NCBI GenBank assembly: GCA_977017575.1
Contig: CDRNVI010000140.1
Location: 310,001 to 374,000, forward strand
From: Paramoeba atlantica
Lineage: Eukaryota > Protista > Discosea
Direction: 5' to 3'
Length of the DNA: 64,000 bases
Below, in pieces: positions 49,732-60,688 of this stretch. Within the stretch, counting starts at the first letter, position 1, and each line of letters starts with the position of its first letter. The translations under genes were made by a program, and so were the position numbers. The notes below the pieces were generated by a model, which ran no database searches, was not told the DNA's origin, and saw only the letters and a list, made by a program, of their open reading frames with translations.

Positions 49732-51775
49732 ATGGCGGATGAAGAAAGACTTGTCAAACGACCCCTTCAAAGCAGTGAAAATCTCAAAATGCCTTCGGTT
49801 TCTCAGAAGAAAAAACGTCATCCGACCCATAACGGCTGGGTGTATCGACCTGAACAAGAAGAAAGAAAACTCTTCTCACATGAAGGTTGATTCTTTTTCT
49901 CTTTTTCTTTCTTGTTAAATTCTTTCATTTTTTTTTCATTTTATTTTTCTTTTCTTCTTCAAATTTTTCGTTTCCTTTCTCTGAAATTCTGGAATAGGAG
50001 GTGCTCCAGATAATGATGAAGCAGTGAGAGAAACAAACGACGATGCAACATCTTGTAAAAGTTGGTGTGTACAAGCTGGATATTTTAAAGATCCTTTTGT
50101 TCCTCTTTTTTGTTCTCGCACATACCCTCGTTCTCCTCTTATGAGCAGGTTTTCTTTTTCTTTCTTTCCGTTTTCCTTTGTACAATCAATTTTTTTTAAA
50201 ACTGAGAATGGGTCTTCAGAGGATATTGGTCTCGGATTGTGGCCATGGAGAGAATTATGAATTGGTTTCTCTCTCTTGATTTCCCAACGGAAGAAGGAAA
50301 AGAATCACCAAAAAAGAAAAGACGACAAGTCATTAATTTAGGTGCTGGTTATGATACGATGTTCTATCGATTTCTTGAACAAGGAAAGATGGAAGGCGTG
50401 AGTTGGTGGGAGTGTGACTTTCCTGAAGTGATTGAAAAGTTTACCTTTTTTTTCTTTCTTTTTTGACTTTCCTTCTCTTTCTTTATGAAATTTTAATTTG
50501 TTTTTGTTGTTTCTTCAAGGAAAATGTCTATTTTACGGAGAAGCGAGCCAATTTACACACTCATGGATCACTATAACGTGAATTTTGTGGGAGCTCTTCA
50601 ATCCGCTCCCCCATCTTCCCCAGCACCACCATCATCTCCTATCCCTTCATTTTCTTCATTTTCTGCAAATACCTTTTCATCTTCCTCTTTTTCATCAGCC
50701 TCACAGTCAACATTTTCGTCCTCCTTTTCATCTTTAGTTTCAGTTTCAAGTTCTTTTTCTTCACCAACATCACGTGTGTCTTCACCTTGTTCTCGTTCTC
50801 GTCCTCCAGCCCCCTCTTCTCCTTCTGTGAGTCGTTCTCGTTCTTCAACCCCCTCTTCTCCTTCTGTGGGTCGTTCTCCTTCTTCTCGTTCCCCTTGTTG
50901 TTCACCACCTTCTCGTTCCCCTTGTTCTTCTTCTCCACCTTCTCCTTTACCTCCCCCACCATGCCCTTCTCCTCTCTCCTCTTCCCAATCTCCTTATTCT
51001 TGTTCTTCTTCTCTTCCCCCTCCAAACTCCTCTTCTTCTCCCAACAACCCCTCGTATGGGTTGTTTTCCTTGGATCTTCGAGACACAAAGCAGCTCGAGT
51101 CTCTTATGAATGCCCCTTTTGATCCAACAATACCAACCTTATTTCTCTCTGAGTGTGTGTTGGCATATTTGGAAGCAGATGGTGGAACAAAGGTGATCGA
51201 ATGGGCAGCACAAAAATTTCCTCATTCCTTCTTTCTCACTTATGAGCAAATCCTGCCAAATGATCCCTTCGGGCAGATGATGATCCAAAACTTAAAAGCT
51301 CGGTTTGTTTTTCTGTTCTTTTTTTGATTTCTTTTTTGTTGATTAAGTTTTTCATTTTTAAAAAAAGGGGTTGTTCTTTACGATCGATCCAAGACTATCC
51401 TGATCTTAAAGCACAAAAAGAAAGATATAAAACTACTGGCTGGGAATCTGTCTTCGCGGTCGATATGTTTGATTTTTACACTCAGGGAATTAATGCTGAG
51501 GAGAGAAAGAGGTCATTTTTTTTCACACCCCCCCCCCTCCCCAACTCCCATCATTTAAAACTCTTTTTCATTTTTTAATAATTCATCTTTTCAATCCTTC
51601 TATTTCAAAACAACACAGAGCAGAGAAACTACAATTCATGGACGAATTTGAAGAATGGATCATGATCCAAAGACATTATTGTCTCGTTTGTGCCATTCGT
51701 GATTCATCAATTCTCAAAAACAATCCCAACCCTCTTCCTTTTCATGCAAGCAATTCAGAACCTGTTCCTTTTTGA
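49732..51775 (+). CDS. LCMT1: Leucine carboxyl methyltransferase (PP2A methyltransferase)
   Basis: VRETNDDATSCK...GYFKDPF, RGYWSR, QVINLGAGYDT, ECDFPEV, DLRD, PTLFLSECVLAYL, YEQILPNDPFGQMM and DEFEEW...HYC. Confidence 0.93.
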
Positions 51776-51973
51776 AAAATAAGGAGCGGATGATTTTTGT
51801 ACAATTTTTTCCTAAAACTGTTTTTTTGGATGTTGTATGTTTTGTTACATTTAATAATTTTATATAAATCAAATTGATTGTTAACCCAGGGATCCTCTTT
51901 TTCCCCCACCATTTTTTTTTTCTTGGTTGCTTTGGAAGATTTTTTTTTCAATTATTTCCAATTTTTGTTTTGT

Positions 51974-52819
51974 TTAAACCAATTGGAAATCTTCCCTCCC
52001 TTCTCGAGCGTAGAAAGCCATCACACAAACTAACACCACACCAAAGATAAAGATACACGCCAACACCACCATCATAGCTTCGACTCGAGTCAAACCAGAA
52101 TATGCATCATAATGGTGGTGTGGAGAACCACTGGGGGGTGGGTAGAGTTGTGAGGGGGGGAGTGTGATTCTTGGGGGAGGTGGGGGTGGGACCGGAGAAG
52201 GAGAAGGTGATGGAAAAGGTGATGGAGATGGGGGGAAAGGAGAAGGAGATGGAGAAGGTGATGAAACAGGAGATGGAGATGGGGAAGGGGTTGGAGGTGG
52301 AAACGGAACAGGTGATGGAATTGGAAATGGGGAAGGGGTTGGAGGTTCTGGAGATGGAGATGGGAATGGTTCTGGAGATGGTGGTGGGACTGGTGAAGGG
52401 GAAGGACTGGGAGCTGGTGATGGACTCACAGATGGAATCGGAGAAGAAGAAGGACTCGGAGAGGGAGAGGGAGACGGGCTTGGAGGAAAGGGACTGGGTG
52501 AGAAAGAAGGGGATGGAGATGAAGATGGAGAAGGAGATGGACTTGGAGATGGTTCGGCGGAGGGAGATGGTGATGGTGATGGCGATGGAGACGGAGAAGG
52601 AGAAGGAGAAGGTGAGAGACCGCGCTTCTTCAGTGAGTTCTGATTGTGCGTTGCAAACAGTACTTCAAGAAACTTCTCATCAAACTTTTCCTCTTGAATC
52701 GCTCTCAACGTACTACTTGTGTAATTATTCTTTCCCGATTCATTTGGTGAAGAAGACCTTGTTTCAAACAAGAGAATAAAAGAAAGAAGGAAAACGGCCC
52801 AACAAAACGAAAGCCGCAT
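51974..52819 (-). CDS. Ser-Pro repeat (extensin/HRGP-like) single-pass membrane glycoprotein
   Basis: Signal peptide [18 protein letters not shown], ~150 aa of (SP)n/PPSP, a C-terminal TM helix and a short tail. Single exon. Confidence 0.75.
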   Translation of the reverse strand: MRLSFCWAVFLLSFILLFETRSSSPNESGKNNYTSSTLRAIQEEKFDEKFLEVLFATHNQNSLKKRGLSPSPSPSPSPSPSPSPSPSAEPSPSPSPSPSSSPSPSFSPSPFPPSPSPSPSPSPSSSPIPSVSPSPAPSPSPSPVPPPSPEPFPSPSPEPPTPSPFPIPSPVPFPPPTPSPSPSPVSSPSPSPSPFPPSPSPFPSPSPSPVPPPPPPRITLPPSQLYPPPSGSPHHHYDAYSGLTRVEAMMVVLACIFIFGVVLVCVMAFYAREGREDFQLV

Positions 52820-53097
52820 CTCCAACCACCGCAAAATAACCCGACGGCCGTTTTTTGATTTTTTTGACCCAAAAAAAAAACAAAAAAGGAAAAAGTGGCC
52901 AACTTTTCTGGCCATTTTGGAATTCAAAAAAACTGAGCCAAAAGAAGCAATTCATTTTTTTCTGTGTTGTGTTTTTATTTTTGTGTGATTTTAAAAGTTG
53001 TGGAAAAGAGAGAGTTTGTTATCAAAATGAGAATATACAAAGTGTGGTGTTTTTTTTTTTTTGAATGGAACTTCCCAAAGAAGGGTTGATGATATCA

Positions 53098-54176
53098 TCA
53101 ACCCCTTCTCATTCTTTTTCTTGCATTGTCCAAACTGGGCGATTCTCTTCCTCCTTTTCTCTTTTTGTCGCATTCAATTTCTCGATCTTCAAAAGTCAGA
53201 ACAACTTCTCCTTGATGTGTGTTTTCACCCATTTTTCTCATCTTATTTGGTGGTGCTGAAATCGTAAGATGAAGTGTTTCTTCTTCTTCCTCTTCCCCAC
53301 CTCCTTTCTTCGGTAAAAGGGGAGAAATCGGTGTTGGTGACTCTCCATGAGCAAGTCGTTTAAAACCAACAGATTTTTGAAGACGGCCAGCTAACTCTTC
53401 CACCACTTGTTGAGGAACATACCCGATTTCGCGAAGTGCCCGAACTTCTTCTTTAAGGACAAGAATTCGGATCGCTGCTGCTCTGGTAATTGGTTGAGGA
53501 CATCTCTCACAGACATAGTTGATTTCTTGGTCTGTAAATTGACGAAGTGGAATTTCTCCTTTCCCACTGTTTCGACTCGCAGCAATCTTTCGGAGTAACA
53601 TTGAACTCGCTGATTCTTCTCCATAACCTTCGTTCCGAAGTTGACCTAATTGGAAAGCAGACGTTTCCCGAAAGTTATCAATTGCTTTCTGTTTTTTTTT
53701 TTAGCTGTCAATAAAATACCCTTGGGAATGAAAAAAACAAAATAAAAAAACGATCATCAAACCATTAAATCTCTATTCAGGGAGTGTTTTTCTGACAAAC
53801 GAAGAGGTTGTTGGGAGGAAGAGGAAGAAGAGGAAGAAGAGGAAGAAGAGGAAGAAGCCGAAGAAGAAGGCAGAGTTGCTGGCAGTGGAGGGGCAGGAGA
53901 GGTTGGTAAAGGAGAGGGAGGATTTGAGGAAGAGGAGGAAGGAGAAGAAGGCAAGGTAGTGTTATCACTCAAACGAAGTTTCCTTTTCTTTTTGGGCGTT
54001 TCTCCCTGCAATAAGGATGTTGAAAGGGAAGAGGAAGAACGAAGAACGGACATGGAAACACCACAAGAGCGCTTTGATGGAGAATGAGAAAGGGAGGAAG
54101 AGGAAGAGGAAGAGGAAGAAGGAGAGGGAGAAGGAGAAGGAGAGGGAGAAGAAGAACAGTTCTCTCTCTTCTTCAT
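53098..54176 (-). CDS. Hypothetical protein, Ser-rich N-terminus, 2 exons
   Basis: Exon 1 MKKRENCSSSPSP...LNRDL. Exon 2 KAIDNFRETSAFQLGQLRNEGYGEESASSMLLRKI...LAGRLQKS... has non-repetitive, coding-like sequence. Confidence 0.6.
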
Positions 54177-54415
54177 GTTTTGTTCAAGATCTTCAAATGT
54201 TTGCTGGGAGAAATTCGCAAAAAGAATAAGAAGCGGGAAAAAAACTACAAAAGTGCTATCGGGCATTCAAAAAGGAGATGGCTAAAAAAAAATAGCGATA
54301 GAGTTCTTAATTTTTAGAACCTTTTGGTTTCATTTCGTTTTTTTTTTTGGTTTGTTTTTTGGTTTGGGAAGATTCTTTTTTTTTTCTCTTTCTTTTAGGT
54401 TCAAAAGGTCTATGA

Positions 54416-57400
54416 ATGTCAGACCATCTCGAGGGAGATAATTCTCCCAAAAAAGATCCACAACCTTTACTAACATCTCCTCATATTCACACATTATCTC
54501 CTCGTGGTGACTCTCCTTCGAAGGCTGAATGGAGAAAAGTTTGGGTAAGGAGAAGAAAGAATGATTCTTTTTTCTTTCTTTTTTAAAATTGAAGTTTTGT
54601 TTTCTTCACAGCGCTCTCCTTCTTCACATCGAAGGGATCCCAAATTTTCTCCTCGTTTGACTCAAGTTGATGACACAATTAAATCACCCACCTTGAAACC
54701 TGGAAAAGTAAAAGTTGGAACATCACCAAAGAAGAAAGGTCCACTTCTCTCTCCTAAACCCCGAAAGCATTACCCTTCTTCTCCTCGGCACCGATACTCT
54801 CCAACCGCAGAATTGGCTCTCAGTGCTGAAGCTCCTTCTCTCTCTCTCCCCTCTCTCTTTCCTTCAACTCCAAAAAGTGGGTCTATGATTGTGCCCGGTC
54901 GAAGCAAAACACCTGTTCAATCTTCAATGAGTCCAACTCTCACATCTCCCACATCTCCCAAGAAAGAAAAGAAAGAAAATGAGAAAGTTTTCTCTCACCC
55001 TCATTTGTCACGTATGTCGCGAGCTGGTGTTGGTGAGTGTTTTCTGATTCCTTCTTTCTTTCTTTCTTTCTTTTTCTTCAGAAAATAATCCTTCTACCAG
55101 ATTGGGGAGACAACTTGGCTTATACACAATCCAACCTAATGGTGGAGGAAAAGAAGGGTCTCCCATTCTCTTTTCGTGTTGGAGGAGAATCGAGCAAACT
55201 TCCACTCTCAGCTCAACAGGTTTCCTCTTGGCTACAAAATTGATCATTTTTATAATTGAGAGAAGATTCAACTTTATTTTATGTTCCAAAGAATTTATAT
55301 TTATTAAATATAATAATTAAATATAATAATTTATTATATTTTTGTAGCATTCTCCCAAGAAGGTAACAAGTCCACGAGGTCGAAAAAATAGTATTAGACA
55401 ATCATTTCTGAAGTTGGGAAAGGCGAGTGCTCGTGTACAACGGGGATTCAGGCTCACTCAGTTGCTTTCTCGACAAATTCGATTGGAGATGGTTTTTTCT
55501 TTTCTTCTTCTTCTTCTTTCAATTTTTTAAAATATTGTGGTTTTTGAAAAATGAGATTTGTAATGTTCTTCTTCCCCTTTTTTTTTGATAGGATGGGCTT
55601 ATCAACGCTTTGAAGTCAGAATACAATGAATCTTTCTATGCAATCATTTTTAATGTTCCTTTAATGGAGATTTTAAAAACGGTTTTTTCTTTTTGATTCT
55701 CTTTTTTTTCAAGTCTCAAAAAAAAGAAAAAAAAAAGAAGACTAAAAAAAATATCCATTTTGGCAAACTAAAAAAAATTGATTTTTTGACAACAAAACCA
55801 AAAATAGAATCCAACATTTCAAGATCTTGTGAGTCTCCTTTTTGTGGAGTCTGATTTTCGAGAGAAGATATGGAGTTGTTTTGTTCTCATTTATCCTTCT
55901 TTTTGTTCTGGGATTGAACTTTTGACTGAGATTTTTACTTCTCTTTGTTCTACAAATGAGTCTTTTGTTGTGAAGGTTTTTTTTGTTTTTTGTTTTGTTA
56001 TTTTGTATTTGTTTTTTGTTTTTTTTTTGTTTTTTTTTTCTTTCTTTTTTCATTCCAAGATATCTCATTTCACATGTCTCTTTTTTCTCTTTCTAGTTTT
56101 TGCAATATTGGATGAGTTCAATGTGGGAAGATTGGTTATCAGAATCAGAACAAAAGGTCTTTTCCTTTTATTTCAAACTTTTTTTTTTAAATTTCTTTTC
56201 TCTTCTTTTTGTAAATTTCTTTTCTTTTCTTTTCTGTTCCTTCTTTTTGTGTGACAAAACTTCGAACAGAAATATCTAACTGAAGAATTGATGAGTGGAA
56301 GATGGTTTTCTTCGAGAACAAGAACATTTCTTTTGGATCTTCTTCTCACAAATGGCGACTTGGCGGAGATTCAGAGGTTGTCATTTGAGTATGATGAGGA
56401 TTTTCTCTCTTTGTATAAGTTTGTTGATACTACTGGTATTGTTTTTTTTTTTTTGTTTTTTTTTTGTTTTTTTTTTGTTTTTTGTTTTTTTTTTTTATTT
56501 TTTATTTTTTTCTGAAAGATTTTTTTTTTGTGTTTGTATTAATAATATAATTTTTCTTTGAATGAAGAAGGAGACCTGAAAAAAAAGAATCTTACAAATT
56601 CGATGAAGAATCGGCAAACTTGTTGTTCTTGTCAAGGTTTTTCATTTTCTTTCATTTCTTTCTTTTTTTTTGTTTGTTTTAAAGAATCCTATTTCTCATT
56701 TTCTTCTCTTTCTTTTTAGCAATCTCGGAGTCTCTCGTTCAATGTCAAATTTGTAAAGGTTCTTATTGTCAAATTTGTGTAGATGACCCTCTCTTAAAGA
56801 AGAGTTGCGAAAAGAATCTGGCCCACGATTTTGAAGGAAATGTAAAAAATTCTTTTTCTTTTTCTCTTTTTTTCTCTTTTTTTCTCTTTTGGATTTTTTA
56901 CTTCTTTGGTGACATTCTTTTTTGTTTTCTTTGAAAAAGGAATCATTTTTCACGGTGACAGATACCTCTTCTCTTGGTGGAAGTTCTGAAGTCACGGATT
57001 CGGGCGGTTGGGTTTGTATTTTTTTTGGTTAAAAACCAATTTTTTGATTTATATTTTATTTATTTATATTTTTGTTAATGAAGAGAAAAAAGAGATTCTT
57101 TTTTTGATTGATTTTTTCTTTTGAACAGAGAGATTGGGAAAAATGGGATGATTTGTGGTTTGCTCGTCAATTGGCTGTTTATCATTGGGAATTGTTGTTT
57201 ACTCTTTCTGCTCGAGAACCGATTCTTTGGAATAATTCCACAAATAAGGTTTTTTTGGGGTTTTTTTCTGGGATTTTTGGGATTTTTGTTTTTTTATTCA
57301 GAAAGGGAAAATTACTTTTCTTTGGATTTTTAATTTTTAATTTTTAATTTTTCTTTTTTCTTTTTTTTTTTAGGAAGAAGATTGTGTCCATTTTTGGGAA

Positions 57401-60297
57401 ATGGTTCAACAATTTAATGATTTGACTTTGTGGGCTGTTTCTGAGATTGTTGTTCGCATTCGTCTCTCTGAAAGAGGTTTTGATTTTTTTCTCTTCCCTC
57501 AAAACAATAATTAATCCCAAATTTTCTCATTCATTAATATTAAATCTTTTTTTATTATTATTCAAAATAAATAATTCTTTTTCAGTTTTTTTATTGGAAA
57601 AATTGATCAATACAATTTGGCATTCAATGGTACTACAAAACTTTTTTGGAGGAAAAGCTCTTTTTTCTGCTATTAATCATCCTGCTATTTCTCGTCTTAA
57701 AAATACTTTTCAAAATCTTAGCAAGTTTTTTTTTCTTTTTTCTTTTTCTTTTTCTTTTTCTTTTTCTTTTTGTTTTTTTTTTCTTTTTTCTCTTTTCTTT
57801 TTCTTTCTCTTTTCTGAAACCTTCTAAATCCTCTCTTCATCTCTCAGACGGACAAAAACAAGATTAACTGAAATAAGAAACCTCTTTTCATTAAAAGAAA
57901 ATGGATTAAATTATAGGACGCTTCTAAAATCGATAAATGGGCCCTATGTCCCTTTTATCGGTTTACATTCGAAAGATTTGATTTTTTTGAAGGACGGAAA
58001 TCCTGATCGGAGTAAAGGGTTTGTTTTCTTTTTTTCTTTTTTTCTTTTTTTCTTTTTCTCTTTTTTCTTTTTTTTCTTTTTTTCTTTTTCTTTTTGAGTT
58101 TTGTTCTTCTTTTGTTTTGTTATGTTTTTTTTTTTTTTTTTTGCTTTTCTCCTCTCTTTTCTCTTTCGATTCTAACTTTTCAACCAATCCAGAGATTTAT
58201 TAAACTTTAAAAAGTTTTATAAAATGTGGGAAGTTGTAGAGACTGTTTTTAGTGGTCTTTCTTCTCCATACTCGGCAAGTCTTTCTCCCACATTTAAAGA
58301 GTGGACAAGGTTTTTTGTTTTGTTTTGTTTTTGTGGAAAGAGGAGAAGAGAATGGATGGATTTCTTTCTTTTTCTCTTTTGTCTTTTTTGTCTTTCTCTC
58401 TCTTATCTTTTCTTTCTCTATTCTTTTGCAACTTTTTTGGATGATTGAAGAATTCGATTGGCAACACTTGAAGATGATGATATCTTTTTGTGGTCTCGGC
58501 GTGTTGAGCCAAATAACATCGAAGCACTTATTGCTGATTTTATTTCAAATGAACTTGATTTTCTTTCAGTTTTGAATTTTATTGTTTAAAATTAATTTTA
58601 ATTTTTATCTAATTCTTTTTTCAAAGGAAAAAGAAGCGTTGGAAGAAGAAAAGGTGAACTACGAAACTGTGATTGACCGACTTTCTAGTGCATTTCTCAT
58701 TTTATCAAACCAATCGAATACTGTTCCCATGTCTGATTCTCTTCAAGTGACAATCGACAATGTTACTCTCTTTCTTTGTGGATTTTAATGCTCTCTTTTT
58801 CCCAACTCAAAATTTCTCCAGGAAAAAAATCAAAAACAAATTTGCTGTGACGACATCACCATCACCATCCCTCTTCCCCCTACCTCTTGTGTTGAATCAC
58901 CATCATCTCCTCAACTTCAACCAGAATCACCAACATCACCAGAAGCACCAACATCACCAGAAGCACCAACATCACCAGAAACACCCACATCACCAGAAGC
59001 ACAAATATCTTCAATATCTCCTCCACCTCCTCCCCTTGAAAAAGCATCTCCAGTCATGAACCTATTAACCCACGTCTCTCCTAAAATATCTCCAAAAGAG
59101 ATAACTCGAACTTCACCTACTAAATATATAGCAACACCACCAGGACTCCCCAAAATAGGAGCCGTCCAACCTTTAGTACGAAAACGGAATTCATTAAAGT
59201 ATTCTCTGAGACCTCTCTCTCCAACAAGATTCCGCCCACGGACACCATCACCTCCATCCCCCAAAGAAAGAGGGACACGCCAACAAAAAGGCCAATCAAA
59301 CTCCTCAGAGTCACTAAAACGATCTGCTCCAACATCACCATCCAACTCAGTCACATTTTCTAAAAAAAGGTTCTCAACCAAAAAAGTCTCACCTGAAACA
59401 CAACCCTCCCAAACAACACCACCATTAACCCAAGTTCCCCCAGTCGAAAAATCCCCCACTTTTGGGATTTCCCCTCACTTCAGAATCCAAAATCCCTCAG
59501 AAAAGTCCTCTCGACGAAACTCCGCAGACAAAACATCTTCTATTATACCGCAAAGTCCCTCATTTGAAAAATCAACATTTTCTCCAACTGCTCAAATATC
59601 ATCATTGTCACCCACAAAAATTGGAGCTTCACCAAAAGAACAACCGTTTTCTCAATCACCGCCATCAACAATATCTCCAACACAAAAACCAGCCACAATT
59701 GATGGAATTTCTCCCAAAAGAACCACAAAAATTGGAGCTTCACCAAAAGAACAACCTTCTTCTCGATCATCACCAACCACAATATCTCCAACACAAAAAC
59801 TAGCCACAATCGATGGAATTTCTCCCAGAAGAACCACAAGAATAATCCCCCAACTACCAGAAAAATCAGTCACATTCGATACTCCTGTTTTAAAACAATC
59901 TCAAAAATTGACAGCAGTGCCTTCCTCTTTCGAAACAACATCTCCCAGAACACTCCATCCACCCCTTCTCGCGCCACCCTCTCTCCCTCGTCCTCGCATG
60001 TCACGAAGGTCAAACCGATTTTTTGCTGAGAATATCATGATTGAGCAAGAAGAAAATGTGAGTGATAGGGTTAAATTGTGGAAGGATTCGTTTATGCCTC
60101 GCAATCGGAGTGATAGTTCGACCATGCCTCTCCATCTCTCGAATGTTTTACTGAGGCAAGTTAGTCAGATCGCTTTGACGAATAGTTTGGAGGAGGAGGA
60201 GGAGAGGGAAAAAGAAAAGTTCAGCTATGAAGATACTTTTTATGGAACGGAAGATTGCGAGAAGGAATTACTATCTCAGAAAGAAGGTGAAGACTGA
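54416..60297 (+). CDS. Ras guanine-nucleotide exchange factor (REM + Cys-rich finger + CDC25) with S/P/T-rich ends
   Basis: REM-like FREKIWSCFVLIYPSFCSGIELL. CDC25 motifs ARQLAVYHWELL, FNDLTLWAVSEIV, NFFGGKALFSAINHPAISRLKNT, PYVPFIGLHSKDLIF and INFKKFYKMWEVV. Confidence 0.88.
59615..59835 (+). repeat. ~111-bp direct duplication within the RasGEF last exon
   Basis: TKIGASPKEQP...TISPTQK.ATIDGISP.RT occurs twice in tandem. Confidence 0.85.
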
Positions 60298-60688
60298 AAA
60301 GGGAAGAAAATAGTAAAAGGAGGAAGGAGGCTGTAATGGTTCATCACAACCTTCGAAAAAGAAAAAGAGAGATTTAACTCTCGTAACAAAAACAACTGGG
60401 CTCTCTTTTGTGTGATTGATTCTCTCAGGAAGTGGGGATGATTAATTTTGACTCATAAATCTTGAGAAAGAGAGATGATAAATAAATAAAAAACAATCAA
60501 AAACAATCATTTTGGAAAAAGAGAATAGAATGGAGCACATTTCTTTTTCTTTGAATAGCAATTTTATTTTTTTACAGAACTGTCAAATGCTCCTGCAGAC
60601 CCTGAGAATCAAAAATTAAAAACAAATATCTCCTCCTCTTCTCTCTCCAATCATTTTTCAAAAAAAAATAAAACTCAACGAAAAAAGT

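Noticed and set aside
52164-52779. GDGEG/EMEM-repeat ORFs on + strand
   Set aside because: Antisense shadows of the (Ser-Pro)n gene, which has the signal peptide and TM.
53391-53624. Alternative-frame ORF MEKNQRVQ... overlapping the hypothetical gene
   Set aside because: Short, and the other frame is longer and extends to a plausible acceptor. There is no independent support.
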